A stretch of 64,000 nucleotides of DNA from Rhodothermales bacterium (lineage in GTDB: Bacteria; Bacteroidota; Rhodothermia; Rhodothermales; UBA10348), in NCBI GenBank assembly GCA_024711125.1, contig JANJTM010000034.1:8547-72546 (forward strand). Direction: 5' to 3'. Position numbers and translations under genes: made by a program. Below, piece by piece: positions 58,251-64,000 of this stretch. How positions within the stretch are numbered: position 1 is the first letter of the stretch; the number at the start of each line of letters is the position of its first letter. The notes beneath the pieces are model-generated. The model saw nothing but the letters and a program-made list of their open reading frames with translations. It was not told the DNA's origin and did not search any database.

Positions 58251-58949
58251 ATGACTGCCTGGCATGGCCGCCTGGGTCCGGTCGTGTTGGTGCTCGCGAT
58301 GTCCGGTGCGGTCGCCTGCGAGCGCCCGGCCCGTGTCTGCACGCCCCTCTTCGACGGCACCTCGCTCGCGGGTTGGACCGCTATCGGCGACGCGTCCTAC
58401 GCGGTCGAGGACTCGGCGATCGTCGGGCGCGCGGTTTACGGGGTGCCCAACAGCTTCCTGCGTACCGACGCCGAGTACACCGATTTCGACCTGTCGCTCG
58501 AGTTCGCCGTCGATTCCGGCTTCAACTCGGGCATACAGTTCCGCAGCGCGGTCGCGTCGGATACCCTGCGGTTCGACCACCAGGCGGGCAACGGCGACCG
58601 CTTCGTCAGCGTCGCGGCGCCCGGCCGGGTCTACGGCTACCAGTCGGAAATCGACCCCACGCCGCGCGCCTGGACCGCCGAGATCTACGAGGAAGGCGCC
58701 CGGGGCTGGCTCGAGACGTTCGTGAAACGGCCGGCGAAGGCCGCAATCACGCCCGGCGTTTGGCACGCCGTGCGCATCCGCGCGGTCGGCGACAGCCTGC
58801 GCACGTGGCTCGACGGGCGTCCCGTGGCTTCACTCGTCGATTCGGCGCGCGCGAGCGGATTCATCGCGCTCCAGGTGCACTCGGTCGCGACCCCGGAGGA
58901 CGCGGGCAAGACGGTGCGCTTCCGCAATCTCAGCCTGTGCAAGCCGTGA
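58251..58949 (+). CDS. DUF1080 (3-keto-disaccharide hydrolase-like) lipoprotein
   Basis: LFDGTSLAGW, NSFLRT..Y.DF.L..EF, NSGIQFRS, GYQSEID, GFIALQVH, VRFRNL. Confidence 0.88.
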   Translation: MTAWHGRLGPVVLVLAMSGAVACERPARVCTPLFDGTSLAGWTAIGDASYAVEDSAIVGRAVYGVPNSFLRTDAEYTDFDLSLEFAVDSGFNSGIQFRSAVASDTLRFDHQAGNGDRFVSVAAPGRVYGYQSEIDPTPRAWTAEIYEEGARGWLETFVKRPAKAAITPGVWHAVRIRAVGDSLRTWLDGRPVASLVDSARASGFIALQVHSVATPEDAGKTVRFRNLSLCKP

Positions 58950-59614
58950 CGGGGTGCCGGTTCGTGACCGCCGCGCTGCTCGGCGCGCTGTCCCTGCCCG
59001 CCGAATCCATGGCCCAGTCGCCGCTCGTGCGCCTGCGTGAGGTCGACGCGACGATCCTGCAGGACATCCGCTACTTCTCGTCGGACAACTTCATGGGCCG
59101 TCCCGTGCGGGGTTACGGCGCGCCGGAGTGCCTGCTGACGCGCGAAGCGGCCGAGGCGCTCTCGCGGGCCCAGGCCGACGCCGTGCGGCAGGGACTGAGC
59201 CTGCTGGTCTACGACGGTTACCGGCCCCAGCGGGCGGTCGACCATTTCGTGCAGTGGGGCGTGGTCCTGCGCGATACGCTGCGCAAGGCCGAGTACTACC
59301 CCGACGTGCCCAAGGCCGAGCTGTTCGAGCGCGGATACATTGCCTCCCGCTCCGGGCACAGCCGCGGTTCGACCGTCGACCTGACGCTCGCGCGCAGCGG
59401 CGTTCCGCTCGACATGGGGACCCCGTTCGACTTCTTCGACGAGCGCTCGCACACGGAGAACCCGGCGGTCGGCGAAGTCGCCCTCGCGAACCGCCGGTTG
59501 CTCAAGGGCATCATGGAGCGCGCCGGGTTCCGCAACTACGCGAGCGAGTGGTGGCACTACACGCTCGTCGGGGAGCCGTACCCGGACACGTACTTCGACG
59601 TGCCGATCGAGTGA
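58946..59614 (+). CDS. ddpX: D-alanyl-D-alanine dipeptidase (M15D, DdpX/VanX-like)
   Basis: YDGYRPQRAV, SGHSRGSTVDLTL, DMGTPFDFF, EWWHY. Confidence 0.9.
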   Translation: MTGCRFVTAALLGALSLPAESMAQSPLVRLREVDATILQDIRYFSSDNFMGRPVRGYGAPECLLTREAAEALSRAQADAVRQGLSLLVYDGYRPQRAVDHFVQWGVVLRDTLRKAEYYPDVPKAELFERGYIASRSGHSRGSTVDLTLARSGVPLDMGTPFDFFDERSHTENPAVGEVALANRRLLKGIMERAGFRNYASEWWHYTLVGEPYPDTYFDVPIE

Positions 59615-59634
59615 CCCGATCGGCACGTCGAAGT
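59592..59634. terminator. Perfect 18-bp hairpin between convergent genes
   Basis: ACTTCGACGTGCCGATCG-AGTGACC-CGATCGGCACGTCGAAGT; loop contains the ddpX stop; no U-tract. Confidence 0.55.
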
Positions 59635-59640
59635 CCGCGT

Positions 59641-61065
59641 TCACTTCAGCAGCGTAACGGTGCGCGTGGCAGCCGCCGATCCGGATTGCGCCCGCACCAC
59701 GTAGATCCCTGACGGGAGGTCCGACGCGTCGAACCGCAGGGAGTGCGTACCGGCGGCGAACGATCCGTCGGCGAGCGTGCGCACGCGGCGGCCCAACGCG
59801 TCGTGCACCGTCACCACGGCGTGTCCGGGCGTGGCCAGCTCGAGCGCCAGGCTCGTCGACGGGTTGAACGGGTTCGGCCATGCGGGCGCGAGCGCGACGG
59901 CCCCGGGAAGCTCGGCCGGGGGCTCGTTCGACACCTGCAGCGGCGTCCACGCCATCAGGTACCGGGTCGTGGTTTCCGGGCCGTTGCCCCCGTCGAGCTC
60001 GACGATCGCGCGCGTCACGCGGCCGGTCTCATTGTACGTGTAGGACTCGATCGAGGTGATTCCGAACCCGCCGGCGCCTACGAGCAGCGACGAACGCTCG
60101 ATGCGGCCGGTTCCGTCGTAGGTGAGTTCGTGCCGCATGGTCTCGACCCAGCCCGCCGGTTCGATCCACTCGGAGTAGACCACGACGGCAGGCCCGCCGG
60201 TCGCCCAGTCGACCAGGGTGGTCTCGCGGCGCCCCGTCGGCACCCAGTCCGCGCCCTGCCATGCCTGGGTTTCGAAGTCCGGCAGGACGAGCAGGCCGAG
60301 GGCCAGGTCCTCGTAGTCTCCGTATTCGGCGAGCAGCGTCTCCATGCGGCCGTACAGGGTCGCGACGTCCGGCGCGTCGAAGACCTGGCGCTCACGGGCT
60401 TCCCAGCCGGCGCCCGGCGCGGCCTGTTCCCAGGTGGTCTGCACGACCGAGGTGCCGTTCTCCTCGAGCTCGGTCTTCGTGCGCTCGTGCCATGCGCCGT
60501 CGATCCACGTCGACTCCACGGTGCCCGTCACGAGGAACCCGGCAGAAGGGTGCAGCACCACGCTCTGGCTCGTGCGGTCCGCATTCTCCCAGGCCGACCC
60601 GTTCCAGGCCTGGCGCACGATGAGGGTAGGCGCCGACGCCCCGGTCGGGAAGTCGTACGTGAGCTCGTATTCGTACCGTTCGAGCGGCATGAAGGTGCTC
60701 GTTCCGTCGTTCCACTCTTCGACCGATTCGACGAGGCCGTCCAGCCGGAACGTGGTTCGGCTCATCGGAATCCACGACAATCCGCCCCAGTAGTGGTCGG
60801 TTCTCGCCACGAGACGACCCTGCGAGTAGGTGTTGGTCGTCTGCGAGGAGGGCATCCACCCGGCTTCGGTCCAATCCTGGCGGAGCACTCCCTCGAGTCC
60901 GTACACGGTGGAGCCGGTGCCCGCCTGGGCGACGAGCGAGCGGACGGGCGAAAGCGCGGAAATCGCGTCCTCGGGCGTTGCCATCCGCGGCTGGGCCGCG
61001 GCGACCTGCACGAGGAACAGGAGCGGAAGGGCCCGGAGGGCACGTGACGGTAGCGGAGTTCTCAT
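59641..61065 (-). CDS. T9SS-sorted secreted protein with Trp-rich repeats
   Basis: Signal peptide; about 8 W-x(4-8)-W repeats; AWPNPFNPST, HDALGRRVRTL, LPSGIYVVR C-terminal domain. Confidence 0.82.
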   Translation of the reverse strand: MRTPLPSRALRALPLLFLVQVAAAQPRMATPEDAISALSPVRSLVAQAGTGSTVYGLEGVLRQDWTEAGWMPSSQTTNTYSQGRLVARTDHYWGGLSWIPMSRTTFRLDGLVESVEEWNDGTSTFMPLERYEYELTYDFPTGASAPTLIVRQAWNGSAWENADRTSQSVVLHPSAGFLVTGTVESTWIDGAWHERTKTELEENGTSVVQTTWEQAAPGAGWEARERQVFDAPDVATLYGRMETLLAEYGDYEDLALGLLVLPDFETQAWQGADWVPTGRRETTLVDWATGGPAVVVYSEWIEPAGWVETMRHELTYDGTGRIERSSLLVGAGGFGITSIESYTYNETGRVTRAIVELDGGNGPETTTRYLMAWTPLQVSNEPPAELPGAVALAPAWPNPFNPSTSLALELATPGHAVVTVHDALGRRVRTLADGSFAAGTHSLRFDASDLPSGIYVVRAQSGSAAATRTVTLLK

Positions 61066-61293
61066 GGTCGTGAAGGGTTCGAGGGTGTCTTCCGGGAGAG
61101 CCGGCGGGGTAAGCCGGGCGAGGCCCCGGGTCCCGGGTGCCACGGCCCCCAGGACGCATGGGAGGTACGGGAGGTCGCCGGGACAGGTTGCGGAGGTCCC
61201 CTGTGCCCCTGAATTTCCTCCTCGTGCAGTATCATGACCGTCCGGCCGCCCTCGGCCTCGGCGTGCCGTCCTCCCGAACGAACCCCCAGTCGC

Positions 61294-62628
61294 ATGGACC
61301 GTCGTCGCTTTCTCCACCGGGCCACGGCCGGGGCTGCCGGAGCGGCCGTCGGTCCCTTCGCCCTCGCTTCCGCCGAGTCCCGGGCCCCTGTCGTCGCCCT
61401 CGACGACGCGGCCTTCGCCGACATCGTGCCCCGGTTGCGCTCGTGGCGGCACGCCACGCCCGACGAGGCGGCCGACGACGAGGATTTCTGGGCGGAAATC
61501 CGGCGTGCGTTCACGATCGACACCAACCAGGTCAACCTGAACTCGGGCAGCGTGAGCCCCGCGCCGCGCATCGTGCAGGAAGCCGAGCGGCACGCGCTGA
61601 CGATCCAGAACATGAGCCCGTCGCTGTGGGTCGACGAACTGCTCATTCCGCAGCGGGAGATGATCCGGCAGCGGCTCGCGGCGATGTTCGGATGCGACCC
61701 GGAGTGCCTCGCGATCACGCGGAACACCACGGAATCGCTCGAGATCGCGCAGTTCGGGCTTCCGCTCGAGCCGGGCGACGAGATCCTGACGACGACGCAG
61801 GACTACCCGTCGATGCTCACGGCGTACCGGCAGCGGGCGCGGCGAGACGGGATCGTGCTGAAGATGGTACCGTTCCCTTCCCCGGCTTCGAGCCAGGACG
61901 AGATCCACGACGTGATGGAGCGGGCGATCGGGCCGCGCACCCGTGTCCTGCACTTCAGCCACGTGACCTACACCGCAGGGCAGATCTTCCCGGTCCAGCG
62001 CCTCTGCCGGCTGGCGCGCGAGCGAGGGCTCTTTTCGGTCGTCGACGGCGCCCACGCCTTCGCGCACTTCCCGTACGACGGCGGCGCCTTGGACTGCGAC
62101 GTCTACGGCGCGAGCCTGCACAAGTGGCTCACGGCCCCCTTCGGCACGGGTTTGCTCTACGTGCGAAAGGAGATGATTCCGAGAATCTGGCCTCTCACGG
62201 CGGCCCCGGAATCGCTCGACGGCGACATCCGCAAGTTCGAACAGATCGGAACGGCGCCGGTGGCCAACCGCAACGCCATCGGCGAGGCGATCACCTTCCA
62301 CGAGGCGATCGGAAGCGAGCGCAAGGCGGCGCGCCTCTCCTACCTGCGCGAGCGCTGGATGCGGCGCGTGGCCGGCGTCCCGGGCGTGCACCTGCTGACC
62401 CCGGACGACCCCGTGCAGGCCTGTGCCCTGGGCACGATGCGCATCGACGGCATCGGCGCGCAGGATCTCACCGACCGGTTACAGCGCGAAGACGCGATCC
62501 ACGTGCGCCCACGCTTCGTGCCGGGCGAGTGGGAGGGTATCCGCGTGACGCCCAACGTGTTCACGACGACGTGGGAGATCGATCGCTTCGCCCAGGCGAT
62601 CGAGCGGATCGCTACCGGCCTGCGCTAG
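61294..62628 (+). CDS. Tat-exported class V PLP enzyme (CefD-like)
   Basis: MDRRRFL; NLNSGSVSPAP, RNTTESL, DGAHAFAH, SLHKWL.AP.GTG. Confidence 0.9.
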   Translation: MDRRRFLHRATAGAAGAAVGPFALASAESRAPVVALDDAAFADIVPRLRSWRHATPDEAADDEDFWAEIRRAFTIDTNQVNLNSGSVSPAPRIVQEAERHALTIQNMSPSLWVDELLIPQREMIRQRLAAMFGCDPECLAITRNTTESLEIAQFGLPLEPGDEILTTTQDYPSMLTAYRQRARRDGIVLKMVPFPSPASSQDEIHDVMERAIGPRTRVLHFSHVTYTAGQIFPVQRLCRLARERGLFSVVDGAHAFAHFPYDGGALDCDVYGASLHKWLTAPFGTGLLYVRKEMIPRIWPLTAAPESLDGDIRKFEQIGTAPVANRNAIGEAITFHEAIGSERKAARLSYLRERWMRRVAGVPGVHLLTPDDPVQACALGTMRIDGIGAQDLTDRLQREDAIHVRPRFVPGEWEGIRVTPNVFTTTWEIDRFAQAIERIATGLR

Positions 62629-63467
62629 CCGTCGCAGCTGAATCGCACCGACCCGTCGAGGGCAGGGGACAGCACGATCGTGCGGAAGTTCGCCGCGCGC
62701 GCGGCGGTGCACATGGCCTGCCGCGCTCCGGCATCGGAGGCGTACTCTGCCTTGTACTCAGCGCTGAAGACCGGCTTGGATGCGGCGACGAACGGGGCGA
62801 AACGGTCGCACTCGCCACGTTCGCGGCAGCGTTCCACGAGCGCGAAGTCCACGTAGTCGATCAGGGCGGCCACCTGTCCGCCGTTGTTCGCGAGACCGAC
62901 CGCCAGGCGGTTCCTGTGGGCTTCGTTGTACAGCCAGCGCGAATAGGTCAGCTGGTGCGAGGCGAGCACGGTGAAACCCGTGTCCACCAGGTAGTTGTCG
63001 GCGTCTGCAGGCACCACGCCGTTGCACCCGAGGTCCCGGGCCGTCCGCACGCGTGCCGCAATGGGTATGCGCACCCGGGGAGACCGGATGTTCAGCCAGC
63101 GGTGCTTGTTGGTCCCGGCGATCTCACCGCCCAGGTCCTGCGCGTCGAACGAAGGGGCATCCTCGGCCAGGGGGTCGTACCGACCGGCAGAAAATCGGCA
63201 GAGCACCTTCCGCCCGCCGGCCTGAAGCCTATCGATCTCGTCGGCCGTCGCGTTGAAGAGGTCGATGACGACCACATCCACGAAATCCTCCGACAGGACC
63301 GGGCCTTCCAGTTGCATGTACCACGAATCGTCGACGGCCGGGCGGAACCACGTGCCCTCGGTGATCGGGTCTTCGTCGGCCTCTTCTTCGTCACCGGTGT
63401 TGTCGGACGAGCAGGCCTGGGTCGCAAGGAGGGCGGCGAGGACGAGCAGGAGGGGGAATCGGCGCAC
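62625..63467 (-). CDS. GH114 endo-alpha-1,4-polygalactosaminidase-like lipoprotein
   Basis: Lipobox TQAC; IDLFN, GRKVLC.FSAG, WLNIR, DFALVE.C....EC, KPVFSAEY. Confidence 0.8.
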   Translation of the reverse strand: MRRFPLLLVLAALLATQACSSDNTGDEEEADEDPITEGTWFRPAVDDSWYMQLEGPVLSEDFVDVVVIDLFNATADEIDRLQAGGRKVLCRFSAGRYDPLAEDAPSFDAQDLGGEIAGTNKHRWLNIRSPRVRIPIAARVRTARDLGCNGVVPADADNYLVDTGFTVLASHQLTYSRWLYNEAHRNRLAVGLANNGGQVAALIDYVDFALVERCRERGECDRFAPFVAASKPVFSAEYKAEYASDAGARQAMCTAARAANFRTIVLSPALDGSVRFSCDG

Positions 63468-63664
63468 GGGAAAGGGGACGGGTTCGTGGGCTGCTGGAAG
63501 AACAGGAATAGTACCTCCGATCGCGGGGCCGCGGCAACCCGGAAGGGTGGAGGCATCGGTGAATCAATATCTGAACCGTTTCAAGGATCCCCTACAAGGG
63601 TCCAGCGGGCGGGCGACTATATTATCGGAACGTTATCCGACCGAGCCACGAAACCGGAAGCCGA

Positions 63665-64000
63665 GTGTCGCTCCCACGACCGGAACGGGATCTGCGACCG
63701 CCCACGGGCGCGCGCGTGCTGCGCCTGGTGGCCGGGCCGGCCGTCGTGGTCCTTCTCGCGACGGCGTGGTTCGCGCCGTTCGAGATCGGCGGCACGCTCC
63801 GACTGGACGCGACGGTTTTCGCGGCCCGCACCTGGACGGTCGAGCGGTCGGGGCAGGGCGCGGTGTCGGCGTTCCTGAGGGACCGGGAGGCCGGAGTCTT
63901 CCCCGAAGTCGTGCTGCAGTCGGCCGACCGGGGCGATGCCGCCACGTTTTCGCTGGCGCCGGGCATTCGCGCCGGTCGCGCCGTGGAAGCCGGCGACACG
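63665..64000 (+). CDS. Partial ORF, possibly HlyD-like membrane fusion/adaptor protein
   Basis: Open frame from GTG 63665 to window end; one TM, then G.AVEAGDT lipoyl-like half motif. Confidence 0.4.
   Translation, partial: MSLPRPERDLRPPTGARVLRLVAGPAVVVLLATAWFAPFEIGGTLRLDATVFAARTWTVERSGQGAVSAFLRDREAGVFPEVVLQSADRGDAATFSLAPGIRAGRAVEAGDT

Noticed and set aside
58946-59614. Vancomycin resistance locus (vanX); likewise beta-lactamase at 30393
   Set aside because: No vanA/vanH/vanRS; both belong to widespread housekeeping dipeptidase and esterase families

Overview
GC-rich bacterial chromosome segment. T9SS-type C-terminal sorting domains (PNPFNP...DALGR), lipoproteins and many hydrolases suggest an FCB-group, probably Rhodothermales-like, organism (inference). 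About 48 CDS, no rRNA, tRNA, CRISPR or transposase seen. Contents in order: a peptide-scavenging cluster (three M1 aminopeptidases, YfcC and NSS transporters); five intact membrane-anchored Ser/Thr kinases spread over the window (four with PD40/TolB-like propellers, one with TPRs), plus a kinase-deleted relic and an amidase carrying a kinase-derived N-terminus; an operon joining a PhyH dioxygenase, a split cobalamin methyl-transfer module and a GH127-type glycosidase; two VapBC/FitAB toxin-antitoxin pairs; a PQQ/cytochrome c dehydrogenase; uxuB-like/uxuA; and a large propeller-GAF histidine kinase. The standout locus is an Hmc-like redox operon (pentaheme cytochrome, Tat 4Fe-4S protein, NrfD, a 41-aa HmcD-like peptide missing from the ORF track). 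It has no catalytic subunit and is co-encoded with a heme-motif histidine kinase and two receiver proteins whose only output is a lysine-less GcvH-like domain. Two diverged copies of an unnamed ~150-bp palindromic, TIR-bounded intergenic element (8.2 kb and 33.7 kb) were also found. All calls come from motif reading by eye; no database searches were run.
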